A DNA stretch of 64,000 nucleotides from Daphnia carinata (taxonomy: Eukaryota), in contig NC_081332.1 of assembly GCF_022539665.2 (NCBI RefSeq), positions 310,001 to 374,000 of the forward strand, given 5' to 3'. Below the pieces are notes generated by a model that worked only from the letters and a program-made list of their open reading frames with translations, was not told the DNA's origin and searched no databases. This document shows positions 24,901-38,634 of the stretch, in pieces. Positions within the stretch are counted from its first letter, which is position 1; every line of letters begins with the position of its first letter. A program made the translations under genes and the position numbers.

Positions 24901-26342
24901 CTGATAATATTATATATATATATATTTATGGTCGCAGATGGTATTTTACAGCGCAGCCAGCAGCCAGAGAAAAAGTACAACTATAAAAAAGGCAAGGACA
25001 CTAAGCATGATCTACGTTTCTTGCTCAACGTGTATACACGGTAATATCAAAAGTTTTCAGAAAAGAACACCTTGTTGATTTACGGGCATTTGTACGTATA
25101 GCCATGTACGTGTAAAAAAAAATCTAAAAGGCTATAGCAAAAGTCGAACAAAGGATTTTCGTCGTAGGTGTTGTATAAGCTTGTAGGAAAGAGTCTGCAG
25201 CATGAACGGAGACTATAGAAATGTGGGTTACTATTCCGTTTTGTCAGTACACCAGGCACCACGCATAGCGCCTTTTCATCACATAGTTGGATGTTACCCA
25301 CAAAAATTGTACCGTAAACAAGATGATTATTGGGACCTTTTGGGAAATTACCTTAGAATCGACATAAATTCAAAAATATTAATAAATGTAACAATCGTAC
25401 ATATACCATTGTTTCCCCAATTCTTTACAAACCTCACGAATGCGGGTATGATGCAAGGCAACATTTGTTATTTGTTTGGGCTTAATTATCTTATTCCCCC
25501 CCCCCTCCACGACCGCTTAAAAATAAACAATTAGAGCATTACAATGTAAAATTTACTGAGCGAGCAGGTACGTGCATGTCTGTAAGCGATATTATACATG
25601 TTCGTTGTAGGTCGTGAAATGTTTAACGTGGAGCGTTTTTAAAATAATCGCCGACGTACAGCGGCGAACATGATTCTCTAGACCTACCGAGCGAACTGAG
25701 GTCCGACGTTGCTGGCATCATAAGATGAACTAGCCGTGATGGCCGCATCTTTGATGTAGCCCGATTCAAGGCCGAGCGATGCGTTGCACGAACCTATAGA
25801 AAATCACACGTTATTGAACATAAGTCAATTCGCCGTTTAGTAAGCGACGCAGATGCCGACAAATGCATTCCAGCATGCAGTTTAATAAACTTATTACACA
25901 ATAAGGGCATTTCAAAACTAGCATGATCTTATTCAATTTCTGTCAGCGCATTCCTTAACATGACAGACAGCAGGGCAAAAAAAATTATCGTTAGTTTACA
26001 ATACAGTTTTCTTTTTCAGCAGTTAAAAATTTCAACCCACACGCATGACTAGTGAAAAAATAATAATAAACGAAAAAAAAATATATAGGAAGCTTAATTG
26101 AAGACGCAAGGTAATTTTTTTCATCTTCAGTAATCTAGGATTGAAGCCTAAAGGTGTCTGCATTAATTTCCAGTTAACAGTGTCTGCAAGCTGTAGGTCT
26201 GATTCACCATGACAGATGCAATAATTGCCCCACCCTCCCTCCCCAACCACTCTTATTCCCACAACAAAAATATACCTAAATTGAGAGCGAATGACTTTGA
26301 AGCTGCGGAGATGACGGCTACCAAGACAGCCAACTTATGCAT
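18998..26342 (-). CDS. Ddr: Discoidin domain receptor (DDR-family RTK) with degenerate, probably inactive kinase domain; optional in-frame upstream ATG at 26384
   Basis: Signal peptide [19 protein letters not shown] (26342-26276); discoidin domain [55 protein letters not shown]-like domain [38 protein letters not shown]; kinase [41 protein letters not shown]; ends [10 protein letters not shown]. Confidence 0.92.
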
Positions 26343-29300
26343 CGTCGCTAATGAAGATATGAATGCAGAGTCGGCGTGGCACATCTTCTTGTCAAAATTA
26401 AAGACGATCTTCCATGGCGGACATGTAAGACGTATCGGTCCTAATTCTTGCCTGGTCCTAAAAGACAGAATCAGGAAACCTTATTTCATTTCTCCACATT
26501 AGCGTCGTATACGAAACGATAAACCTGTCATTAAATCGTTTACAGAGATTAAGTCAAATTCTTGCATAGTAACAAATCCTGTATTTCTTCCGTGAGCCTT
26601 TCTGGAAAAAAACGTGGTTCCGAAACCAAACTCCTAAACTTCGGACAACGTCCAATACGCCAATCTGAAGAATGATTGTGTAGTAAGAACCGTTGTTTTG
26701 CCAGTAGTTAAGTTGTAAACAATCCGTAAAAAAAAAATAAATAAATAAAAAACGGCTGTAATAAAAGTAAATAGTCGATGGAGGTCCTGCATGCTGAATG
26801 ATTGATTTCCTATTGGGAAAAATTGTGTACCAAGCAACTTGACGATTATTGGACTGGGGCTATTTGGAAATTACGGTTGTACGATCCTCATGTCCAGTGG
26901 CAAATTAAATCGAACACATTATGCGAGTTTTGCATGTTGAATTGGTCCATCACGAGGCGAATCATTTTACTTTCAAATCAGAAAGACCAGCAACATTTTT
27001 GGAAAGACAAGGCGATTGACCTGTATTGGCAATTTACGTGGGGAGGGTTTGACCATCGCAGTGAAATACGCAGAATAAAACCAACAGGGCTTCAATCCAG
27101 TACTAGTGCGACATATGCCGTACTAGATTGTGGTAGTACAACATTGATCCAACGACACAGCGGACGTAATGAAACCATAAGACTTGAAATAACGTCTGGT
27201 CGGGAGCTCTGCGAGGGCCCAGACGACAACCAAATGGCATGAAATGGCTAGAGCGATACAGGTCAGATGTTGCGTCAGCGACCGACATCGCTTTATGCGT
27301 TCATTTAAGAAACGCGATTGGTGATTTTACTGTTTCCCTGCAACACATATGACTCTGCTATAGCTGTTTGCATCAATTTCGTTTTAGAAAACCGATGGAG
27401 CTGAAGGTATTAAAATAGTAACGCAAAAAGCAGAGATCAAATATTCATTGGCGGTAAGTGCGGCGAGGTTTGCTTTATTTGCACTTATTTATATTTCACC
27501 CAAGTGAAATCTACCGTTTTCTTTGACTTTTTTTTAGGAGCGCAACGTTATATTTTTGTGCACTCTTTTAGCTAAATTCGATTGAGACTTGACCTAATGT
27601 AAACCGACTATACTCTAGTCCATTTTTCATGATCTCCGCAAATGGCACTTCCTTTCAAATCTAGGCGATTCAACGGTATACAAGCATTGCAGTGAACCGT
27701 AGAGAGCAACTTGCGAAGTTGTTTAATGCCATTAATTTAGCCGTGCTACAATGATTCATCACTCTTAATCGAAGCGTAAACGAGTAGCAGCTGCTTTGCG
27801 ACCTACCTGATCAACAGTCAACACCTTTGGAGGCTTCGTTTGAAAGTATCTCAATTCTTATGGTATCACTTTGTACATAAATCTTCAGTGACTTGTCATT
27901 CAATTGATGTCTAACATAGGATGGAAAAGTGTGAGGAAAAAAAAAACGATTCTTCCAGAAATTGAAATTTTCCTCTAAAAAAATTCACGGTTTCACGTTT
28001 CCAAATGATTGACGAAACTGTATTCCTAAGTGGAACTGTGCCGGGAAAGTGAGTAAGCGACGAAGCATAAAACGGGAACTAATCAGTCGTCAAACTAGAA
28101 TTCCTTATATAAATACTGAGCAGGGGAAATAAAATCCACACGCACGTCAAGGGATCCCCACACGGAAAACACTGGACACTACACGGATGGGTTGTTGTCG
28201 GTTGCGTGTCGGCCTTTCAACTGAGAGCAAGTGCAGCGCAATGCAGGAATAAATGGGAAAACTCGACGATCAAACTTACATGGGGAGCAGCTTGAGAAAA
28301 GAATAAGCAAAGAGGGTGGAGAGAGGGGATCCAGGACTCGTTCGGTAAGGCAGGAACTCGGGACTATGGCCTACTGGGACAAGAGAGGCACATCATTTGG
28401 GTTTTGCCCTTATATACCCCGCCGGGCCCCAAGACGTGCAGCGGATATAAGATGGGATTTTTTTTCAAACAAGCGCTAACCCCGGAAATGGAAACAAAAG
28501 GGTACTGACGATGTCGATCAAGACAACGGCCGAAGACGAAATAAGCGACGATTTTTTTTCCATTCGCCCACATCCCTGATAATACAAGTGAATTTGGTGC
28601 TATAAGTAAATCAAATTGAGTCGCGCGTTCAACCCATCAACGTCTAAATGGGCGAATAATAAGATTGTTCACAATCAACCAACTGCCATCCATAGCAAAG
28701 GTAATCGCTTCCTCCACAATCGATATCTCTGTATAGGGTGAAGAATCGCACTGACGTCTTATAACAATATAAAAAGGGCATTAAAGTGATTGCGTGCCAA
28801 CGGTTTTTTTGAATCGCTATGGGCCTCGAGCTTTTTTTTTTTCATCGACGACTAGTTGTGGACACAAACAACAACGTAAGCGGATCACGTGAGCTATTAT
28901 TCTTGAATATAATTGTAGCATGAAAATATCCAGCCGTTGGCAGTTCCAGGTAAGGGACCTACAGGAGAGATGCTGAGAAAAATAGGAGAAAATGGGAATT
29001 ATAGGATAACAATAAGCCTGTACTCTTTTACGGTATTTTCTAACGTGTATGCAAGAAAGACTGGCAATTTTTTTTTCAAAATTTGTCGATTCCTAGTAGA
29101 ACCCCATTATGTCCCCCCAGTATATGTCTATATATATAAATGCATCTACTGCGTATCGTGATGGTATCCGATGCTTTCGGTTTGCACATGGTTTCGTTCA
29201 TTTTTTTCCCGTAATTAAAATTTATGTACGGAAAAAGCTGTTGAAAACCTATGATACAGGGTTAAGAATTCCGAAAGCCCAAGTGCCACTTTCATGCGTT

Positions 29301-32164
29301 AAAAGCACATGGTCCAAACAAGAACAGAATATTTTGTTAAAAAGCACGCAGGAAAATAAAATCCACCCTCCTGCGTCCAGATAACCTGTAAGCCTACACT
29401 CAACTGGAGTTGCTATCGTGTCTTTTTATTAAAGCCGTTCTTCCACGTAGTTTCAGATAAGGAACTGTTCGATATAGTATTTAATTTGCAATGGAAAGTG
29501 AACTTATTCGTTCTAACCCTACAAAGGCAAGGATATAAAATTCCCTCGCATATTCTACGAAAACGAATGGTTTAAAATGCAGAGGAGTTTTTCAATTTAC
29601 GTGATCTCATTGGCACTTTTGGCTATCTTCTTCAATCGTTTTTCATTTTTAACTGCCGTTGGAAACTGCAACCGACCAACCAACTACAAAGAAAGCGCTC
29701 CTAAAATTGAAATGGGTTTTGCCCTTTGCCTGTTGAATAGAGTCCATAATGAAATGCTCATAGGGTATGAGATAAATCAACGATGGTCAACGAGATTCGA
29801 ATCATCGAATAATTCAGTTCTTTAACATCACATTGCGAGGTGCAAAACACCCTAGGAGCGGTTAGGAATACCATCGAAAATATTCATCTAACTTTTGATT
29901 GATTGGCGGTGACTTCTAGTATAAAATCATCACACGAATGATATGAAAGCTGGTCGACTGGATATTGATTTTATTGCTGCTTAGCATCAGTAATGCCACA
30001 GACAGGTAAAGCTGTCCATTTTTAGGAGTAAAAAACACTATGTGGACGCAGACGAAGAGAATTTCGTTCCCGGTACTTAGACCAAGCTCTGTTGAAAAAA
30101 CTATACATCTTCGAACAAGAAAAACAAAGAATCAGGCCATTTGTTTCTATATTTGGCGTCAGTTCATCCGCTTCAAAAGGTGGCGTGTTCGACCACTAAC
30201 ACCGATGTCTTTCACGAGTTTGAAAAGCATAATTTGACATCGCATAAAGTCAAACACACAAATGGCTCCTTTTCCGCATCAATATTGAAAAACGTATACA
30301 TGTAGACTAATATCCAATACGAAGGGTAGTGGTATAAACACGGCCTACCAATATTGATCAACCATACAATGCTAGTCGTGAATTTCTCAAATGACTTTGT
30401 ATCTCCCGAAAGCAGGCCTGATCGATAGCCTGAAAAGTTGCCTGGGAACATGTCAGTAGTTTTCCTCCTTGTTCCAACAAATAAGCGTTGAGAGAAGAAA
30501 ATAGATTTCAATAAAAGAACGAATGGTAAATGGCAAACAGTGCATGTAAATCTTATTTGGCAATGACACAGAGCCTCGCTCTCGGAATCATCAATGTCAA
30601 AACATTTAGCCGTGTAGCCCCTTTGATAAAATAGAAGCATGCCCAATCTATTTTTCCAAGAGACACGACTCTCAAAGTTCCACGCTTTCGAGTCATACCG
30701 CAAAACAAACCAAGAAAAGATCAAAACCAACTCCCCGCCGTTTTCTTTAAACTTCGCGAGCGCTTGTTTTATGTATGCCGTAGACGCGAATCCGTTTAGA
30801 CAGGAACAGGAACGAGACTACATTACAATTTCTTCTAGTTTTAACTCAAAAACGTTGTTCTTTTTCGGAATGTTTGTTCTCAGCCTCTCAATGATCGCCT
30901 ACTAGTTTCTCACGCTCTATTGTTTTTCTTTTCTTTAGAAATGTGTGCCCTATCGTATTATTTTTTTTTTATACAGGGGCAGCACTAATCAAAGTTGGCT
31001 ATCTACCGACCCGCAGAAGCTTAGAAAAACAAAGCATTTAAAAAGAAAAAGAGAAAAAAAAAGGACGTCAAGTGACACAAGTGGCGAACCAAATCATTTC
31101 ATTTAGCTGTTGTCCGACTGAAGTGAACACCGGCCTCCTTTCTACAGCAGAGCTGTAAAACATCAGAGTCCTTGATATTTCAACAAGGACACTCAAATGA
31201 ACGGTATACGTGATCAATGCACAGTTTCGCCTAAAAATTTGCGTGTTCTCAATTCAGAGGAGACCCTTACGTAAGTTCTCTAAAACCACGTTTTGATTTA
31301 AATCGTGTGTGAGACCATACACCCTTTTGTTCCATGTGTCTCCTGTTCATCTCACGTTTTCGCCCTTCGTCGCTTCCTTATAAATGCTCTATATCCATTG
31401 ATTATGAATATTCTTTTTGATCCTATTGAACAGCGAGAAAGTAAGTACACTTCGAGTATCACAATGGCATTGAGCTGTTTGATATCATGTTCCATTCGAT
31501 ATCGAACGAACAGTTTGGTTTTATTTTCAGAAACGTAAAAGAGTGGCATAGAAAAAACAAATAAACTTTACAACGTGCGATTACTTAGAACCCTTTTTTC
31601 AAAAAATTTATTAAACATTTTCCATCAGACTTTCTTGTCTAATACGAGGGAGATCACATTTGTTGCCCAACTTTTCTCACCCACCAGTTGACAGTTGAGT
31701 AGGCTTTCTTACATTTCACATCTTATAGATGAATGGCAGCTACAATGCATTAATGGTGAGTCGGCTGTGAGAACCAGTGCAGCACTAACTGTCTGGCCTT
31801 TCATGCCGGATTTTTCAAACCCTACGTGATTTATTATCACTCATTCTTTGTGATGCACTGAACCTTCAGTGGCAGATCAAAAGGTGAAGACTTGATAAAT
31901 CACGTATGATGTTTTGGATAATCATTCATTATACAAGTGACGCATCAGTCCCGCAGGTGGCGCAAAACCATTTTGGACGCAGAGTTGCGCGTAAAAGGGA
32001 AAACGTTGATTTGATTAAAATTAGACAAAAGACTGTGTATTCGATGTAAACCATATGACAGAACAATACGTTAATACGACCCGCTCTTCATCCATTTCGA
32101 TTCGCAATTTTTCCCTTGACCCTGCTATACAAGTTGCGGCCTATAGATTTTTATGGAAGCGTTT

Positions 32165-33334
32165 TCAGTAGGTGGTCTCTTTTGGTTCCGGTGGGTAGTA
32201 GTTGGCACTAAACAAAGATTAAGAAATTGAGTTAAAGAAACATAACGTAGCATTCCACTTTTTTTTTAAAGCATTACTATTGTCTAACTGACTAAAGTCA
32301 GAAATAGTTTCAAGAAATGTTTTAAAATTTAAATTACCAAGCTGGCACGTTCTCAGGTGCTCCGCAGGCGCCAATAGCCTTGTCGAATACCGTTCTAGCT
32401 CCGCAAATCTGCAGGCGTGGTTTGTTTCCCTCGACGCAGACGAAATATCGGGCGCAGTCACTCTGATTAATTTGATAAAAAAAGCAATTTCATTTTTTTT
32501 TTGGTTAAAGAGGCGATTGGAAATCAAACATATAACGGTGCTATTTGATTACCGGGTGGGGGTAGACGGGGTTGGTGGAAGCGACGTATTCATCAACAGT
32601 TGGGCACTTGAAGCCAAGGAATGCTATCAATTACACGTATAACAATTGATTAAATAAAAAAACTCATCAAAATTTGTAAAAGTGTGCTGAAATTGTTCAG
32701 CAATGTTGAATATACAGCAAAGCCCAAAAACGGGATACCTTCCACGTTGCAAGTGGGCACTTGGTCTGGCCATTCGCAGCGCCAAAGAGTCGGGTGCCAG
32801 GCTAATCCTTCGGGACACTTGAATACGTGCTCAACTCCATCGACGCAATTAACAAAGTCACCGCAGCTATCTCCAATCTTGAACATACCCCACTTTCTGG
32901 CGCAGTTACCGTACGATTGAGACGCAGCTACAAGCAAATTAAACAATGAAACCAAGCGCAAAATGTTAGCACGCAATTATTGCCAATCATATCGAACGCT
33001 GTTAAAATTCGGACTTACGAGGTTCAGTTCTCTTGCCGCAGTCGACTTCAGTGGGATAGTCGCATGGGTAGCGGAAAGCAGCAGCTTTTTCGTTCACCAG
33101 AAGACCATCGGGACAGGTAACCTCTTCGGCAACGCCGTCACGACATTCCAAAAACTTGTCACATCGAGAGGCATCGGGGAAATAGCCGTTCGGGTACGGG
33201 CAGTTGGCTGGACGGAGGGGAGCGAATCCGACAATGTAAACTCATAGAGCGAAAATAATGAATGAAAACAGAAAATAAATACCTTGAGCCCAGGCGAGAA
33301 AAGCCAATGTAATAACAAGCTGCAACGCGGCCAT
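32165..33334 (-). CDS. obst-E: Obstructor/CPAP3 cuticular protein with three ChtBD2 domains, obstructor-E-like (6 coding exons)
   Basis: Signal MAALQLVITLAFLAWAQA, then CPYPNGYFPDASRCDKFLECRDGVAEEVTCPDGLL..YPCDYPTEVDC; CARKWGMFKIGDSCGDFVNCVDG..CPEGLAW..RCEWPDQVPTCNVEAFLGFKCP; HPSDCARYFVC..PRLQIC..PENVPACANYY. The CxWPDQV/EAFLGFxCP pattern is typical of Obst-E. Confidence 0.88.
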
Positions 33335-34478
33335 GTCTTGTAAGAATGAGTACGTTGAGGTGTTGTTCACTTGCGAGTCTTCCACACACTGGTGCTGAGT
33401 TAAGTCCACAAACTGCAGTTGAATGCAGTTTCTCGAAGGTTTTTAATAAAAAAAAAGGGAAAAGAGAAAGGTTCGCTACTTCGAACGAACGATGACGTTC
33501 TCCAAAAAGGTTAGAATGTATGAAGTCTGGAGAAGGGGAAAAACGGAAAAGCCACCTTTCACATTGGGCGAGAGACTCGAAGAAGTTCCGTATACACTCG
33601 TGTAACAATCATTTGCCAATCCCTATTATTATACGTGATATCGTAAGCCGACGTAGGAAAAAAAACCCACAGACAAACCGAATCAATTCTCAATTTCATA
33701 TTCAAGGACTTCACGAATCCCATCGTCTTTGTTTCTGGACGAAAAAAATTTTCCCTTTAGGCTTACTTGGCCACCAACGTTAACAACGTCATAGTAAATA
33801 TCAGTGCGATTTTGACAACGAATAGACGTTTAAATCTTTTTTTTGGCCAAAATGGTGATATGCACTGCTCACTTTCACGGGTGTGTTCATTGAACGTTTT
33901 CGGTCTCAGTGCCGATGCCTTGCATTTTTCGAGGGACTTAGAAGACACTCACGCGTCACCTTCTGCGCTGAGTGAAAGTAGTCAAACTGGTCAGCAGCAA
34001 ATACGCTGAGGGGAAAACGTGGGAAACGATATACAAATAATTCTTTAATTCATGATTTCTAATCACAGAGCTATGGTTTATTTTGTGAATCGGTGAGTCT
34101 CTCATTCACCGGAGGAGGAAAGAGCCAATATGAAACATACGTCAATTACATTAGAAAATACGCGATGACCGCAGGTAAAGCTGAATTTTTGCAATTGCTT
34201 TGCCTTCCCGATGGCCAGTTGTAGCCGATTGCCACGCCTCTGTCGGAAAAGCTTTCTTTTTCCTTTTCAAACACCTAGTTCATGTTGGTTCATTCTACGA
34301 AAAAACAGACTAAACAATCGCAAGGCATCCAGTTAGTCGAATAGAATTTTTATTGCAAACGAATCAAATGATACAGAAACCTGGTGAAACAAGAAAAATG
34401 CGATAAGACAATGGAATGATTGAATCAAAACGCTAGTCAATGCTCACAAAGGGATTGAGCAGAACGATACGGTCTGTA

Positions 34479-36476
34479 CTAAAGTAGGCCAAATAGATTG
34501 GCTCCCCTAGACAAACGTCGCAATGGTTGCTGGCTGGATTTCACCGTCTGTTCAGACTCGGCTTTGGCAGACACCGTTCCAGTTGATGGTCGGACAGCTG
34601 AGTTGTTGATCTTCTTAGTTGCGAGTGACGGCGAGATCGAGTCCTCGGAAAGGCCATCCTCCTCAATCGGATCATCCTCTCCATACCACTTTTCACTATG
34701 TCAAAACGTCAGTTTAATAAGAAACATTGGCACTTTGTTTAGTCCCATTGCGGGGCCCCATTTAGACAACGGTTGCTAAAACTTACCAGCCACGGACATT
34801 CTGAGGCTCATCACAGCGACCAGACACCGGATTAAAGACCAGTCCGAACGTACATCCTCCGAGGCTAGCAGAGAAGATAGAGATTAAAATCTATGTTTAG
34901 AGGGAAACTTATTTTCAGGTAGAAACGTTTAATAATGTAAGGCAAAACACGTACCGTGGCATTCCAGTTGACAGGCACATGTAGAAATGCCGGCAGGAAC
35001 TAATGGAAAAAGCCATTCGATAAAGTAAAACTGAATTTAAAAAAAAAAAAAAGATAATTTTTTTTATGATAATTTATTACCTTGGATGGGCGAGGCGATC
35101 GTGATCACCGAAACGAAGGGCAGTGGGATTCGCCCCAATTCCAATACTGGGACACACGAAATTTAGGAACTCTATAAATTAAATGCATTCCATTGTATTA
35201 AATAACGAGGTAAGCGTGGGACCAAGAGAAACGCCTCACGTTTATGTGACATCAACTTACGAGAGGCACTGCAATTCGGCCTGTTTGTTTGGTCGGCGTG
35301 AACGCAGGCTCCAACTAACGGGTCAAAAATAACACCAGGTGGGCACGCAATAAGAGATTCTTGGCCGCCGGTGCAGTGATAGAACTGATAATAACGATAT
35401 TTGTCAGTTTACATATGTGAATGATTGTAAATGGATAATGTTTTCAAAATTTCGAACAAGGACGATAATGTTATTTACTTTGTCGCACGATCCGGGCACT
35501 GGGTACATTCCGTTACGACGTGGGCAATTTAAAGTTGAGTGGGGATTTTCTATTTAAAAAAAAGAATATGATTGTTACATGACTATAAGGCCTGGATAGA
35601 TACTAGTCTACAAAAATTCTAGAAACTGGTCTTGATTTTTTTTTTTCTTTTTTTTACATGACCTTTATCTAGTTCATCAAAATCAGCACATTTCGCTGAA
35701 CTAGATGTAGGTTACGAAAAAGGAATAGCAGTAAAAGGGCTACAAAAGTGGTTGCAAGCAAGGTGATTGCACAACGACCTTGAAGCTGGTTCTAACGGTT
35801 CACTAATGATCGCCAGATGGCAGCAGCGTACGACACGGTTAAGGGACGTGAATTTATTCCCTAACCAATGCCTTACATATCAATGATAAAAATAAGGACT
35901 AAAACGCACCACAATTTTATAAACAGTACAAAGAGAATCAAATTAACTAATATATCATTCTAGGTTTTAAAAGTCCCAAAATTTTTAAATCCTTTCTTAA
36001 CCACTTCTATGCAAACTACTACTAAATAAATAAAAGAATAATAATAATAACAAAAATAAGATTACGTTGTTTCGTCCTGGTGCCACATTGGACGGCATGG
36101 GGAAGTTCGCATTTTTCTTTATCGGCGTCGAACACGAGCCCATCGTCACAGAATTCTTCGGTTGCCTAATTACACGCGTAAAAAGAAAATGGCAATTGAA
36201 AATCGCAACAGATTTTTTGCTACGATTTGCCTTCGCCGAAAACGCTTACCGTTCCATCTTGGCAAACGAAATATTTGTCGCAGAATTCCGTATCGGGCAG
36301 CATGTAGGGTCGATGACTTCGTTCGCATGGAGGAGTCTTCACCGTAGCAGCAGCTAGAAATAAAAAAAAAATATGAAAACTGTTACCAACACCTTATGAA
36401 ATTGATAACATGTCGTCTGTTACACACCAATGCAACTAACGATGGTGGCAATGGCAAGGAGCGTTTTGAACCACAT
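34479..36476 (-). CDS. Obstructor/CPAP3 family chitin-binding protein (three ChtBD2 domains plus a long C-terminal tail; 9 exons)
   Basis: Signal MWFKTLLAIATIVSCIA; CDKYFVCQDG..CDDGLVFD..CELPHAVQC; CPRRNGMYP..CDKFYHC..CPPGVIFD; FLNFVCP..DHDRLAHPSSCRHFYMC..PRLGGCTFGLVFN..CDEPQNVRGCEKWY; tail ends ...RRLSRGANLFGLL*. Confidence 0.88.
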
Positions 36477-36939
36477 CTCGGCGAATGATGCAATTGACGA
36501 ATGATGAAAATTGCCCATCTCACTTCATTTTAAATAAGAATCTTATGGCCTTCGAATCAAGGCTGTATGTTTCATTTAGGGAATTTGAGGGTGCATTCAA
36601 GCGTAATCGCTAATGTGAACCTGTACATCCGCTTCGACATATGGGCAGAAGAGACATGAGACTCGGAGATTATTTTTCGACCTTGTTTTACCTGCGGGAA
36701 TTCATATTTTAAGCGGGGTACGTGTTTTTCTCGTAGGCTCGAGTATCCCAACAACAATATCGGCTCGAGGGCGAATTTTTAGATCTCGAAAAATTTGCGC
36801 TCCTCTTCAACTAGATGCCAAGTCTCGAAAAAGATTTCAGCCTCCAGATTCATGAGATGAAGAGAACTGCAGCACTTTCACAAATCCATTCAATCCCCTT
36901 GCTTGGTCAGAAAGTGGTAGCTACCAAAATTAGCTCAAC

Positions 36940-38634
36940 ATGCAGAGAACGCTTCATCTGTTGTTACTCGGAGGGGCCGTCCTATGCCTCTCAAGGGTTT
37001 CATCATCTCAACTTCATCGAGGTATGAAATGCTGTCAGAATTTAGCCGCCGAATGTAATCTATAACGTAACGTAATTTCACAAGATTTATGGAAGCTCGT
37101 GCCAGGCTTAGTCGAATGCGTCATACGGTATACTTTTGGATTACGTATTTTTTCATTTACCTATCAAAGTTAATAGTTAATACCTGTAATTACTTGTTTA
37201 CGTCAGTCCACGACCATACAAAATCGCTGACAAGAACCAGGTAAATATACGTCTCACATTGTCATTCATGTATCCTTATCTTCAATGTCTCCAGTTCGTT
37301 TCATCGTTCTTATTTTACAGTGTGATAAATATTACATCTGCGATAACGGTGAGTTTTATATTAGCGTACACTTTTGCAGTGCGTGATTGATTTTTTAAAA
37401 ATTGATTACCATTTTTGTAAATTCGATAGGTGTGGCCATACCGCAGCTGTAAGTTATTTGGTCAGTCCACAACAGTTCAGCCAATGATTCATGTTTTCTT
37501 GCCAATAGTTGTCCGGATGGTACAGTGTTCCATTTTCCAATTCAGAATTGCATTCTGATAAACGGTGCAGACTGTGGTGGTCGACCTTTACTTCGTAAGA
37601 TAATCGTTTTAAAAGGGTTGCTTTATTATTTGTTAAGCTAAAATTCGATTCGATTTCACCCTGGAAATATAGAGGAATCGATTAAAAAGAACCAATGCCT
37701 AAAGAAGACCGGACTTTTCCCTCACGAAGATCCTAGGCAATGCGATAAATATTATCAAGTATTTAAAGTAGATTTCCATCGTTCTACCATTATCGATCAA
37801 ACAGTGCTCTTTATCGATCTAGTGTCTAGATGGGCGCCAGACGTTAATCACATGTCCCGAAATGTTGCTTTTCGATCGCTCAAGAGGTGTTTGTGATTAT
37901 GCTGATTTGGCCGACACTTCCTCATGCGTTCTTGAACGTAAGTATTGCAAATTGTCAGCTAACTTCATACTTTCTTTTCACTGAATTTTGCATATTTATA
38001 CTTGATTCTGGAAGTTAACGGAACAGTTTTGCGTTAACTCTGCGTTCTCATATAACCTGTTAATGTAGCAATCTACACTGTGCGTCATCGGAAGTCGCTA
38101 TTCAATCTACTGATTAACCTTGGATTTTAAAAGTTTATAGTTCAATTTAAATTATGCACTTTATGCTTCTGTTCTTATAGCGTCACCAGTGGTTTGCCCC
38201 TCTCGGGATGAGGAACCCTTCTCGTCATCACTGGACATTACGAAACGTCTGCTCCCTCATCCTAGCGACTGCCGTAGGTTTTTCTTCTGCGAGACGGCCA
38301 TTCCACGACCACTCATTTGCGAGGAACATTTGGCCTTTGATTTGGAGACCTTATCTTGCATCGATAAATCACAAGTTCAACGCTGGTAATTAAATATATG
38401 TACCATTTTCCCCCTTTTTTTTTTACTCAAGGTCGACGGTTCGTCATCGAGAAATGTCACCGTTCATCCTGAAAATTAAAGAAAAACTGGTGTCTAAGAA
38501 AACTCTAGTGTGCTAGTTAGGAGAACAATGCCACGTCTAACTAAATAGAAAAAAAAAGAGAGAAATTATAAAGATGATTTTTCACCACACAAATAATAAT
38601 TTCTTTTTCATGCAGTTCCAGTACCCATCATTAA
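36940..38634 (+). CDS. Divergent obstructor/CPAP3 family chitin-binding protein (three ChtBD2 domains, 10 exons including micro-exons); last exon uncertain
   Basis: Signal MQRTLHLLLLGGAVLCLSRVSS (36940-37021); exons 37085-37127, 37207-37240, 37321-37348 and 37430-37448 give ECVIRPRPYKIADKNQCDKYYICDNGVAIPQLCPDGTVF; later PHEDPRQCDKYYQCLDG..CPEMLLFD..VCDYAD and PHPSDCRRFFFC..PRPLICEEHLAFD. The acceptor at 38615 restores the last Cys (CSSTHH*). Confidence 0.82.

Noticed and set aside
26802..27242. 146-aa ORF antisense to the DDR 5' region, with faint kinase-like words in other frames
   Set aside because: Non-ATG start, motifs scattered across frames with stops; not supportable.
30212..30730. 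172-aa minus-strand ORF
   Set aside because: Non-ATG start and composition typical of non-coding DNA; no domain recognised.
33763..33948. Hydrophobic ORF as the signal-peptide exon of the obst-E-like gene
   Set aside because: Splicing it to the next exon gives a stop; a proper signal peptide starts at 33334, so this is more likely 5' UTR.
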